A stretch of DNA of 64,000 nucleotides. Source: an uncultured bacterium (GTDB taxonomy: Bacteria; Oederibacteriota; Oederibacteriia; Oederibacteriales; Oederibacteriaceae). Location of the stretch: positions 672,001-736,000 of the forward strand of contig OZ218778.1 in assembly GCA_965112635.1 (NCBI GenBank). The letters run 5' to 3'. The notes under the pieces were generated by a model. It made no database searches. It saw only the letters and a program-made list of their open reading frames with translations, and was not told the origin of the DNA. Of this stretch, positions 10,617 to 19,414 are shown in pieces. The translations under genes were made by a program, and so were the position numbers. Every line of letters starts with the position of its first letter. Within the stretch, counting starts at the first letter, position 1.

Positions 10617-10625
10617 AGCAACACC

Positions 10626-11273
10626 CTATCTCTTCCCTTTTTTCCTATGTGCTGCTTTCCAATGCCTGTACCACTCCAGGAACACGGGCGACAAGGACAC
10701 CAGGATGATCAAGGCTTCCACTTTTTTCAGGTTGTGCTGGATGATCGGCAAAGTGCCCAGGGTGAACCCCAGCAAAAGCATGGAGCAGATCCAGCTGATG
10801 CCTCCGATGATATTAAAACTGGCGAACCGCCAGTAGGACATCTTGGCGATACCGGCCACCACTGGCGCGAAAGTGCGCAAAAAAGGCGCAAACCGGGCGA
10901 GGAAGATAGTGATGCCGCCATGCTTCTCGTAATATTCCTTGGCGGCCAGCAGGTGTTTGCGTTTGAACCACCAGGTGTCCTTCTTCTTATATAAAGGTAT
11001 GCCCGCCCATTTGCCGATGTAATATCCCGTGGCATCCCCCAGAACCGCCATGAGACTCAAGACTACCATTAAGGTTCCGAGACCGAAAAAACCCTGAGCC
11101 GCGATGACCCCGGTCAAAAACAAAAGCGAGTCTCCGGGTAGGAAAAACCCGACCAAAAGCCCGGTCTCGGAGAAAACGACCACCGAAAGGAAAACGATAC
11201 CACCGGACTGGACCAGTTGCATCAGCTTCTGGTCATTGAATAAGCTCCGAAAAAACTCTATGACTGCGTCTAT
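10626..11273 (-). CDS. dedA: DedA/VTT family membrane protein, probable ATA start at 11273 (first ATG at 11222)
   Basis: FSETGLLVGFFLPGDSLLF, GDATGYYIG, ARFAPFLRTFAPVVAG; frame open to ATA 11273, 5 nt downstream of AGGAGG. Confidence 0.88.
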   Translation of the reverse strand: MDAVIEFFRSLFNDQKLMQLVQSGGIVFLSVVVFSETGLLVGFFLPGDSLLFLTGVIAAQGFFGLGTLMVVLSLMAVLGDATGYYIGKWAGIPLYKKKDTWWFKRKHLLAAKEYYEKHGGITIFLARFAPFLRTFAPVVAGIAKMSYWRFASFNIIGGISWICSMLLLGFTLGTLPIIQHNLKKVEALIILVSLSPVFLEWYRHWKAAHRKKGKR

Positions 11274-11301
11274 GTCATCCTCCTCTAAATAATTATTGAA
11301 A

Positions 11302-11376
11302 TGGAGCTGGCGGCCGGGATTGGACCGGCGACCTATCGATTACAAATCGATTGCTCTACCACTGAGCTACGCCAGC
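11302..11376 (-). tRNA. tRNA-Thr(UGU)
   Basis: GCTGGCGTAGCTCAGTGGTAGAGCAATCGATTTGTAATCGATAGGTCGCCGGTCCAATCCCGGCCGCCAGCTCCA folds as a cloverleaf: acceptor GCTGGCG/CGCCAGC, anticodon stem ATCGA/TCGAT with TGT, encoded CCA. Confidence 0.95.
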
Positions 11377-11383
11377 TCTTGCT

Positions 11384-11411
11384 ATTTTATAGATAGAGCG
11401 TTTCCGCTCAA
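11384..11411 (-). promoter_or_regulatory. putative sigma70 promoter of tRNA-Thr
   Basis: Minus strand TTGAGC-16 nt-TAAAAT ending 7 nt before the tRNA. Confidence 0.45.
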
Positions 11412-11413
11412 GA

Positions 11414-11515
11414 GCTGGCGTATCGGAAAAGCCATTCCGATACGTCCAGCCAAAACTTAATAATGCGCTTCCTCTCAGACGCTGGCGTACCGAAAAAGCC
11501 TTTCGGTAAGCCAGC
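11414..11515. repeat. pair of related REP-like hairpins
   Basis: gctggcgtatcggaaaagccattccgatacgtccagc (11414-11450) and gctggcgtaccgaaaaagcctttcggtaagccagc (11481-11515). Confidence 0.75.
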
Positions 11516-11822
11516 AACCTGAACTTAAATATTACGTCTCCCTTATTCACTGGCCGATTTTCTATCAACAAACTGCCAGAAAACTAGCCTGTGAAACATC
11601 AAGATTATACATTAAACCTTTATTGAGGTAGCATTTTTTCAACGGACGAACCTCATTGGAACCGTTCTTTCAGCCAGCCCATCCCCCACACTCTGGCCAG
11701 CAATGTCCCCTGCTCCGTAGCACAAGAAAACTATTTTGGTCATAAGCCCATTCTATATTTCCTTTTAGAATAGGCAAGCCGACCTAACCACACTGGGGCA
11801 TAAAGATCCATCCCAAAACCTT

Positions 11823-11860
11823 AAAAAAAGACCGGACAAAAAAATCCGGCCCTCTTTTTT
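11823..11860 (-). terminator. putative intrinsic terminator
   Basis: aaaaaaagaccgga-caaaaaaa-tccggccctctttttt: stem with A/T tracts on both sides, downstream of 11897..12298. Confidence 0.5.
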
Positions 11861-11896
11861 CCATATTTTCAGTCCGCAGAGGTAAAAAACTCCGCC

Positions 11897-12298
11897 TTAC
11901 TTAGCCTGCGGTTTCTCCCTCCGCACTTTCCTGCGGTCACGGCTGTAGAGCACTTTCTTGGATCCGCTGCGCTTTATGATCAGCCTCTTGTTCTTGTCGA
12001 AATAAAGGTTGTTGCCCAGGGATATCCATTTGGTGCTGGTGCTGTCCGGCCTTTCCCGGCGTTCTATCGCGGGAGCGTTTTTGAGCCTGCGGCGGTCGTT
12101 CTTGATCACCCTCAGGACCTGTTCGCTTTTCTCGACCACCGCCCTCGAAAGGGTGTCCCAGTACTGGTCCTCTCCCAGGAAGATATAGCGTGAACCCGCC
12201 ATGCTGTCTTCCTTGAGCAGGGGCGCTTCGACTTCCTGGCCCGCCGTCTGCTGGGCCTGGAAACGGTTAAGATCAAAAGGTTCCAATGCTCCTCTCAT
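11897..12298 (-). CDS. hypothetical protein with two DRR...ERR modules
   Basis: SD AAGGAG before ATG; internal duplication YIFLGEDQYWD...KS...DRRR...ERR and WISLGNNLYFD...KRSG...DRRK; paralogous to 12339..12605 and 29192..29536. Confidence 0.8.
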   Translation of the reverse strand: MRGALEPFDLNRFQAQQTAGQEVEAPLLKEDSMAGSRYIFLGEDQYWDTLSRAVVEKSEQVLRVIKNDRRRLKNAPAIERRERPDSTSTKWISLGNNLYFDKNKRLIIKRSGSKKVLYSRDRRKVRREKPQAK

Positions 12299-12338
12299 CG
12301 TCTTCTCCTTTCACGATCTTGCCCATAACGCGTCTCTT

Positions 12339-12605
12339 TCAGTTCATGTTCAGGGGCGTGGCCCATTTCACGCCGTATATGCTGTTGGCCAGGGCGCGGA
12401 CCACAATGACCGGCTCCTGCCTATTGTCCGTGCCGGGTTGCTGGTCCCTTTTCCTCCTGTCCTCATGGCTGATCCGGTAAACAGACCCCGACCTTTCCAC
12501 GATCGCCTCTAACCCGGGGTCAAAATAATGGTTTTCGCCCAGCTCGATCAGGCTGTGGCGGCCTTGCGCATCCTCTTCCAACCGTTTTTTCATGGCTTTT
12601 TTCAT
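12339..12605 (-). CDS. hypothetical protein with one DRR module
   Basis: SD GAGG; LIELGENHYFD...AIVERSGS...EDRRK...DNR, same module as the neighbour and 29192..29536. Confidence 0.75.
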   Translation of the reverse strand: MKKAMKKRLEEDAQGRHSLIELGENHYFDPGLEAIVERSGSVYRISHEDRRKRDQQPGTDNRQEPVIVVRALANSIYGVKWATPLNMN

Positions 12606-12732
12606 GGCGCACCTCTTTTCTCTCTGCCTCTATTCCCTCTCCTAATTTAATTATACACCCGTTGGAAAAAGAGGATGTCACTCCTGCCTTGGGATCAAAA
12701 GGATGTACAAAGATGGGATTTTCTGGTGAACC

Positions 12733-13581
12733 CTAACTTTTGATGGGTTTGCGTTTGACCTTGCGGATGAGCAAAAAAGCCGAGTTCTCTTTACTGAGCA
12801 CAGTCTGGTGAAGCTCGTTGTTGAGCATCAGGATCTGGCCGGGCCGCAGAATCACCCGGTGTCCCGGCGAGACCAGGACGACCTCGCCTTCCACGGCCTG
12901 CACCATGATGGCCCCCTCAAAAAAATAGGGCGGGATGGTCGAACCCTGGAACAGGACGATGAGTTCCAGCCCGATCCCCACCGCCTCGTCGTTATAAAGG
13001 GCGTTGGAAATATAAACGTAGTGCGGCCCCGTCTGGCTTTCCCGGATATCATCGATCATGCCCTGGATCTGATAAAGTAGCATGGATCCGGGCTTGGCCA
13101 GCCCTTCGATGGGCGCGGAGGGCGGCTCGGACGGGGTGATCACCTTACCCCTGCCCTCCACGGGGGCCTCGTTCCCGTGCAGCCTGGACTGGTTGACATG
13201 GTGGTTCACGCTGGGATAGATGAACTTTTCCTCTTTTTGGTCATGGTCTTCCAGGATCTTCCTGATTTCCTCTTCCTCCGGTCCGTTGAGGATGCCTTTC
13301 TCCAGCCTGGCGCAAACCGCCGCGAAAAGGACCTTGACCCTGGCATGCTGCTGCCTGAGCTCGTCGGCCATATTGGGTTCTCCGGCTGCCAGGGAGTCGT
13401 CGTAGATCGGGTACAGGAACTTTTCCTCCCAAAAGATACGCCGATCAAGGGCCTCCATGAATTCCTTGAACTTGCCCAGGGTCTCCTGGACCTTGTCCAG
13501 CCGGGTCCCCTAGTAGGTCTTAAAAAGGTCCAGATATTTTTGGTGGTCTTTGATGAAAAGTTTTTGCAGGTTAGGTTCCAT
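12733..13581 (-). pseudogene. hemerythrin-like domain plus degenerate cupin, interrupted by an in-frame TAG
   Basis: ATG 13581 with SD GGGAGG gives MEPNLQKLFIKDHQKYLDLFKTY*GTRLDK... in frame with ORF 12733..13458; TAG at 13510-13512; hemerythrin motifs DH, (H>R)IFWEE, QQH, HDQKEE; C-terminal cupin-like barrel. Confidence 0.7.
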
Positions 13582-13613
13582 CGTGCGCCTCCCTGGTCAG
13601 CGCGGGCGGCGCA

Positions 13614-14975
13614 TTAACCGGCGAAAGATTGCCGCTGCCTGTCTATTTTTTTGTTCCGGTACAGCTCCATAATCCTTTCCATCTTGTCCCTCAAGGACAC
13701 AAGGTCCTTGAAGGCGTCGTTGATGGTCATGATCTGGTCTTCGATGTTAAGAAGGGCCTGGGTACATTCCTTTTCCTTCTCGAGCTTCCTCTGGTCCTCC
13801 AAACCCGCGGGAAATCCGATCGCATCCGTTTTTTTGTCCAGTTCTTCCAGTTCCAGGAGGGTGCTTTTCCTCCTCTTGTTGGTCTCCTCGTATTTTTCCT
13901 TGATGCTCAGCTCGCCCGACCGGAGCATCACATTGATATTTCTGACCTTTTTGTCGATCTCCTCCGTGGTACTTTCGGCATTGACCAGGTATTCCAGGGC
14001 GTCCAGGTCCTCTCTCAAAGCCACGACCCTGCGGTTCTCACGGACCAAGTCCTCGTCCATCATCCTTTTGAGCTGGTCAATGAGGTCCGCCGGCCTTCCC
14101 GCTGGAGACGGCTCATCCGGCCCCGCCGCGATATAGATATCTCCCTCCGGGACATCAGGAGCCACGGCGCTTTCCCCCAGGCCATTCGGGGCGGCGGATC
14201 CCGTCAGAACCTCTCTCTCCTCCACATCCTGCTCATCCTCCACTTTGGACGCTTCCAGGTCCCACGAGGCATGCTTCATGATCTTTTTCTTCAGGACCTC
14301 CAGTTGCACGCCCAAGACCCCCTTGGTGTTGGCAAAAGCCGGATCGTTCAGCCCCTGCTTGATCCTGGCCAGGGATTTGAGGATCCGTTTCTTGAGGAGC
14401 GTGTTCTTGGTCAGGGCCAGCGCGTTCAGCAGATCGATGGACTGCTCATCTTTGATCTGGCCGCACACCCAGGCCCCTGAAAGCTGCATGAGCAGGTTTT
14501 CGCTGTGGACCATTTCATTGATGATCTTTTTGGCTTGGACCGGGTCATACCTATAAATAGCCCTGGCTAAATTCGCCCGGACCTGGTTGTTCTGGTCCTT
14601 CAAAAGCGGGATCATCAGATCAAGCGCGGTCCTGGCATTGGCGCGCAATTTGACCAGGTCTTCTTCCAGGACTTCGACCCCCATGGCCCTCACGTGGGGG
14701 TCCTCGTCATTGATCATGTCCCGGATAGTGATGAATTCCTTTTGGAAAAAACCCTGGGGAGTGACGGCCCCTTTTTTTTGCTGGAGCGTCCCGCGGTCTA
14801 ATCCTTTGTCCATCAGACCCTTTTTGATGGCTTTGAGAGAATGGTGGCGGTAAAACTTCCTCGAAACAAGGATGAAAACAAAGACCATGATGAGGACGAT
14901 CACAGCGACCGCAATGAACTCTGGCAAAGAATAATAGTAGATTTGGTCAGATAGAGATTTCAGCGCTTGTCCCAC
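13614..14975 (-). CDS. membrane-anchored HEAT-repeat protein with C-terminal coiled coil
   Basis: N-terminal TM helix FIAVAVIVLIMVFVFILV; HEAT units DEDPHVRAMGVEVL, LLKDQNNQVRANLARAI, MQLSGAWVCGQI; charged heptad-rich C-terminus. Confidence 0.75.
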   Translation of the reverse strand: MGQALKSLSDQIYYYSLPEFIAVAVIVLIMVFVFILVSRKFYRHHSLKAIKKGLMDKGLDRGTLQQKKGAVTPQGFFQKEFITIRDMINDEDPHVRAMGVEVLEEDLVKLRANARTALDLMIPLLKDQNNQVRANLARAIYRYDPVQAKKIINEMVHSENLLMQLSGAWVCGQIKDEQSIDLLNALALTKNTLLKKRILKSLARIKQGLNDPAFANTKGVLGVQLEVLKKKIMKHASWDLEASKVEDEQDVEEREVLTGSAAPNGLGESAVAPDVPEGDIYIAAGPDEPSPAGRPADLIDQLKRMMDEDLVRENRRVVALREDLDALEYLVNAESTTEEIDKKVRNINVMLRSGELSIKEKYEETNKRRKSTLLELEELDKKTDAIGFPAGLEDQRKLEKEKECTQALLNIEDQIMTINDAFKDLVSLRDKMERIMELYRNKKIDRQRQSFAG

Positions 14976-15158
14976 TTTATTGTTCTATTCCCCCTTGTCT
15001 CAACAGATTATAGGCGGTGCGTGGTCCGGCGCGGGGCCACTGGTCTCAAACCAAGCGTATCTTAACAGCTTTTGTCAGCCAAGTGCTGATCGTTTTTTTA
15101 ACCGCAAGAGATCATGCAAATCAATGAAGACGGGGTGACCGGATTTGCGGGGAATGAC

Positions 15159-15851
15159 TTAGGCAAGATAAGCGTATTGCAGGCCGTAGACAAATGATTT
15201 TTCCTGGACCGACTGCCAGACCACCCTGCACTTGATCATGACTTTTTCCAATTGGTTCAGGCTGTTTTGGGTGTTAAAGTTCGCCTCGACGAAGGTTTCA
15301 GGCAGGGATAGGAGCTTTTCCGTCTTTAGCCTGAATCCACCCGCGCTGATATCCAGGACCTGCCCTGTGACTTTGACTTTCCCGGTCTGAGGAGTAGTCA
15401 ACTCGGCCTGCAGGTCAGCGAAAACCCGGGGATCCCTGCGGTAATCCGACTTATCGAGTCCGCCCAAGGGCTGGGTCTTGGTTTCCCCGGCCATCCCGTT
15501 GAATCTGCTCCACCAGACGGAGTTGATCAGCTTCCATTTGGTCAGGTTGTTGAGTTTGACGAATTCCACGCCGTACTGATTGGAGTTCGGACCGGCGAGC
15601 TCTATGAGGATCTTGCCCTCGAGGTGCTTGAAGTACAGGCCGTTGGGCATCATAAAATCAAAAAAATAGACGTTCTCCTGCTTAAAAGATCCGGGAACCT
15701 CTATCCTCATCCCGCTCGGGCTGATGTCCCTGATCGATCCCGTGACAGCGGACTTCCCCATCCGCTCACGCGCTCTGACCTCGACCGCAACCTGCAATCT
15801 TGTGTATTTCCTCCTGTTTTCCATTTTTTTTGCTTGGACTGTCAATTCCAT
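15159..15851 (-). CDS. tandem PilZ-domain protein (c-di-GMP receptor)
   Basis: Two complete motif sets: RRKYTR...DISPSG and RRDPR...DISAGG (RxxxR and DxSxxG). Confidence 0.88.
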   Translation of the reverse strand: MELTVQAKKMENRRKYTRLQVAVEVRARERMGKSAVTGSIRDISPSGMRIEVPGSFKQENVYFFDFMMPNGLYFKHLEGKILIELAGPNSNQYGVEFVKLNNLTKWKLINSVWWSRFNGMAGETKTQPLGGLDKSDYRRDPRVFADLQAELTTPQTGKVKVTGQVLDISAGGFRLKTEKLLSLPETFVEANFNTQNSLNQLEKVMIKCRVVWQSVQEKSFVYGLQYAYLA

Positions 15852-16012
15852 TACATTGCACCTCTTCTCTTACTATATTTTACCATTTTGGCCGTTTTTC
15901 TGCTAATGGCTTAAAAATCGGAGTTCCACCCATGAAAAACAATGCTTTCTCCCGCTACCCTTTTTACTCCAGATCGATTGGAAGGATTTTCCAGAGGCAT
16001 CCTCAGGACTTC

Positions 16013-16576
16013 CTAAATCCATTTAACTTTCGGTTGGTTTTTCGCGGGCGGCTGGGGAAAACCTCCCTTGGGATAGCCCAGGATGATCGGGCCAAAGACT
16101 TTCTCGCCCTCTTTTAATCCCAGGGCTTCCTTCACTTCGCTGTCCTCGGTCGCCAGCTGGCCTATATAGACCCAGCAGGTGCCGAGCCCCAGAGACCTGG
16201 CCGCCAGCATGATGTTCTGGCAGGCCATGGGGCAGTCGAAGCTGCTGTTCGGGCCGCTGCCGATCACAAAAATGACCACAGGTGCACCGTAGTAAAAGGG
16301 GTCCGGCATTTTTTTGTCGGATTCTTCGCGCATGCGCTGGAATTCTTCCGGCATTTGGGAAAGCCATTTTTTGTACCTGGGCATCGTGTGTTTCACCAGT
16401 TTGCCGTGGAATTCCTTGTCCTGCACGACCACGAACCGCCAGGGCTGGAAGTTCGCGCCCGTGGGCGCCCAACGCGCCGCGTCAAGGAGCGTCTCAATGA
16501 GCTCCTTGCTGACGGGCTTGTCTTCATAACTGCGCACCGACCGCCTGTTCTTGATGTTCTCGATGACCTGATTCAT
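16013..16576 (-). CDS. nitroreductase family protein
   Basis: IKNRRSVRSY, ARWAPTGANFQPWRFVVV, QNIMLAARSLGLGTCW. Confidence 0.93.
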   Translation of the reverse strand: MNQVIENIKNRRSVRSYEDKPVSKELIETLLDAARWAPTGANFQPWRFVVVQDKEFHGKLVKHTMPRYKKWLSQMPEEFQRMREESDKKMPDPFYYGAPVVIFVIGSGPNSSFDCPMACQNIMLAARSLGLGTCWVYIGQLATEDSEVKEALGLKEGEKVFGPIILGYPKGGFPQPPAKNQPKVKWI

Positions 16577-16597
16577 CGTTTCCTCCGTCTAGCGGGA

Positions 16598-17002
16598 TTA
16601 TTTTTTCGTGGAATGCACGATGCCGTTGATGTCGGTCACAGAAATGTCCGTGAGCTTTTTGTCCGTGAAATCGAACTCCATATCCTTGGCCTCGCTGGAG
16701 ATCGGGAAAAAGAAGAAAAGGCAGCCCAGGTTCTCCGGCGCCTTGTCCGACAAATGGCTCTTGATGATCTGATTAGAGCTGAACAAGACCATGGGCTCAT
16801 CCGCGGCCCATCCTTCCTTTTTTAAATAGGCCCGGACATCATCAATGCCTGCTCCCGCAGGGAATTTTTGGGCCAAAAAATCGCGGATCTCCGGAGCGTT
16901 TTTCAGCACTTTCCCGGAAGAGTCCTTGATCTGTGGGGCGCAGGAATAAATAGATAAGGAAATCAGGATAAGGATCAAAAGCCTAAAGGTTTTTGGTCTC
17001 AT
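16598..17002 (-). CDS. putative lipoprotein
   Basis: ATG 17002 with SD GGAGG; MRPKTFRLLILILISLSIYS-C lipoprotein-type signal; no family recognised. Confidence 0.6.
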   Translation of the reverse strand: MRPKTFRLLILILISLSIYSCAPQIKDSSGKVLKNAPEIRDFLAQKFPAGAGIDDVRAYLKKEGWAADEPMVLFSSNQIIKSHLSDKAPENLGCLFFFFPISSEAKDMEFDFTDKKLTDISVTDINGIVHSTKK

Positions 17003-17232
17003 TTTTCCTCCTTGACCCAAGCGTACCATATCTTGCGCCCTCATCAAACCCCTGCCCTCCCAAGGGCATCACTGGCCACAATTCTCTTAAACTATAAGAA
17101 TTAAAAGGGACCAGGGGCCAGGTTGATGGGGGGAGTGTTCCCCTGAAACCCCTGAAAAAAAACGGGCCAGGCTATGGGTTCCTTATCCATAACAATAAGC
17201 TATAATTAGGGAGTTGGAAATCGGGAAGGGGA

Positions 17233-19381
17233 TTGGCTATGAGAGTGTCGCAAAAACATTGTGCATTTGTTTTGGGACTAGCGCTTTTGTTGCTTTTACT
17301 TGCAGCGCCGCTCAGCGTTTTGGCTGCGGATTGGCCTTTATTCCGCATGAACGGCTTTAGCGGGTACACCACGGATAGCATCGGCACGCAGAATGAGATA
17401 CGGTGGATGTATCCCCCTCCCGCCGCGCCCACCTCGCCGATAGTCGTGGCTGGTTTTACCTATTTTTGCACTGAAGGCGCCATTTATAAGATAGACAGCA
17501 GCGGCGCCCTATCCGCGACCTGGTCAACCAACCCCATCAACCCCTCGGCTTCAGTCACCACCTACTACACGATGCCGGCCTACAATAACGGCGTCATCTT
17601 TGTCGGGGCCGAGGACGGCGTCCAACCATCTCTAAACGGTGTTTATGCCGTCAACACGGCTGACGGTTCCCCCTATTGGACCAATCCGCCGACCTGCCCG
17701 GGCTATTGCAACTACCCTACCAACGGTCCTATAGATCCCAAGGCAGGGCCTACCGTCGCGGGCGGCAAGGTATTTATCGGGGACCTGACCGGGTGGATAT
17801 ACGCCTTTGATGTCACTCAAACGATCCCGGCATCCGCTCTTCTGTGGCATACCGCGCATGGCACTGCCAGATTTTATAGCTCCCCGGCCTCCACGGGGAC
17901 CAACTGGGTTTATTTTGACAGCGTTGATACCACGACCAACCAGAGCAGGGTTTACCAGGTCGCTGTGGCTACCGGTGTCGTGAACCTTTCCTATCCGGCC
18001 GCGGGGATTTTCAGCCCTATCTATACTTCTCCGGCCATAGACGGAAGTGGCAACATCTATTTTGGCTGCGACAACAACAATGTCTATTCCCTCAATTCCG
18101 GCCTCACGCTGAGATGGACCTATCCCACAGGCGGGGCGGTCAGGTCCAGCCCCTCCCTGGCCACTTTCGGGGCGACTACCTATTGCTTTGTGGGGTCAGG
18201 GGACGGTATTTTATACGCCCTTGACGCCAGCAACGGGAACATGCTGTGGGACTACCAGGTGGACCTGTCTCCCACGGGCCCTTTTTATTCATCCCCTGCT
18301 GTGGGGCAGGACGGCAGGCTCTACTATGGCACGGGCAGTCCGGGCTCCGATCTGTATGTTTTGCAGGCCAACCCCCCCCTGCAGCCGACCCCCCAAATGC
18401 TGGCCATGTTCGGGCCGTGGGGAGTGGGAGGGGTTTTATCGGCCGCCATCAGTGACACCACAGGTAGCGGCGGTTTTCCCGCCGCGTATGTCGCAGGGGA
18501 CAAGATCTATTGTCTGGGCCCGACTCTGACGCCTACCATGACTGGCACTCCTGCTCCGTCTTCGACAGCCACCATCACTCCGACGTCTTCGACCACCGGG
18601 ACCATAACGGTCACGGCCACTCGCACCGCCACAGCCACGCAGACTGCCACGGCCACAGCGACCGCCACGGCCACGGCCACGGCAACCGCCACCAGCACAG
18701 CCACGGTCACGCAGACCTCTTCTCAGACCCTGACCTCCAGCCAGACCCTTACGGTCTCCAACACAGGGACCATCACCGAAACTTTGATCCCGTCCCAAAC
18801 CTCCACCCAGACCACGACCCCTTCTACCACCCAGACGCCCTCTGAGACCCTGACACCCAGCCAGACCTCTACGATCTCTCCGACTGCCACCGCGACCAAT
18901 ACCTTGACCCAGACCGTGACCCCGAGCCAGACCCTGACCCCTTCTACCACCCAGACGCCTTCCTCGACCGTCACCTCAAGCCAGACCTATACCCCCAGCC
19001 TCACTCCCACGTTTCTTTTTCACCTTTACCCCGACTCCCAGCGGCCAACTCCAGATCCTGCAGCATGTGCCCTATCCCGACCCGGTCAGAGGCGGCACCC
19101 TGAATATCTATGTGGAAATGACCGATGTGCCGACTTCTTTGGATATGAAGGTCTACACCACCTCCTTCAGGCTGGTCAAAAGCCGCCATTATGAAAACTT
19201 CGGCGAAAACATCCAGATCGTCTACGACAGTAATGTGGCCAGGTACACCTATACCATCAATGATAATGTCTGCGACAGGACCCTCAACTATCTGGCCAAT
19301 GGTCTGTATTACTATGTGATTGAGGCAAACAAGAGTCCCATTATTTACAGGGTGATAGGCAAATTCATAGTTCTTCGTTAA
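17233..19381 (+). pseudogene. secreted PQQ-like beta-propeller protein with Thr-rich linker and C-terminal Ig-like sorting-type domain, frameshifted at about 19012-19021
   Basis: Signal peptide, DWPLFR, repeated SSPA/IYFG/VYSL/W PQQ-type blades, ~160-aa Thr/Ser/Pro stalk; the stalk continues in the +1 frame (FTFTPTPSGQ...PYPDPV...KVYTTSFRLV...LANGLYYYVI...FIVLR) to TAA at 19381. Confidence 0.75.
18525..19040 (+). repeat. low-complexity coding repeat (Thr-Ala and TPSQT units)
   Basis: gccacg/gccaca hexamer run at about 18613-18710 and recurring acccc(ag/tt)c-cagacc units. Confidence 0.85.
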
Positions 19382-19414
19382 CGGAAGCTTTTCCTCTGAG
19401 GCCTCAGAACCCTC

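Noticed and set aside
13510-13512. Genome-wide TAG recoding or pyrrolysine to explain in-frame ambers at 13510 and 517
   Set aside because: TAG ends several intact genes here (GH38, thyX, dedA, pyk, rpsB), both ambers are in genes with other signs of decay, and no pyl genes are in the window.
14976-15158. c-di-GMP riboswitch or sigma54 promoter between the PilZ and HEAT genes
   Set aside because: No GEMM consensus recognised; TGGCTGACAAAAGC has GG-GC spacing one base short of -24/-12.
11302-17000. Integrative island at tRNA-Thr
   Set aside because: No integrase and no duplicated tRNA 3' end seen; the accessory genes lie on the 5' side of the tRNA.
17101-17165. caggggccagg...ccctgaaacccctg stem between divergent genes
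   Set aside because: Pairing is imperfect, the tract orientation fits termination of neither gene, and no family was recognised.
19012-19021. prfB-type programmed +1 frameshift at CTT TTT C
   Set aside because: No in-frame stop at the site and no upstream internal SD; a homopolymer indel is simpler.
18525-19040. CRISPR-like or VNTR array
   Set aside because: Repeats are codon-phased Thr/Ala/Ser/Pro linker sequence without constant repeats and unique spacers.
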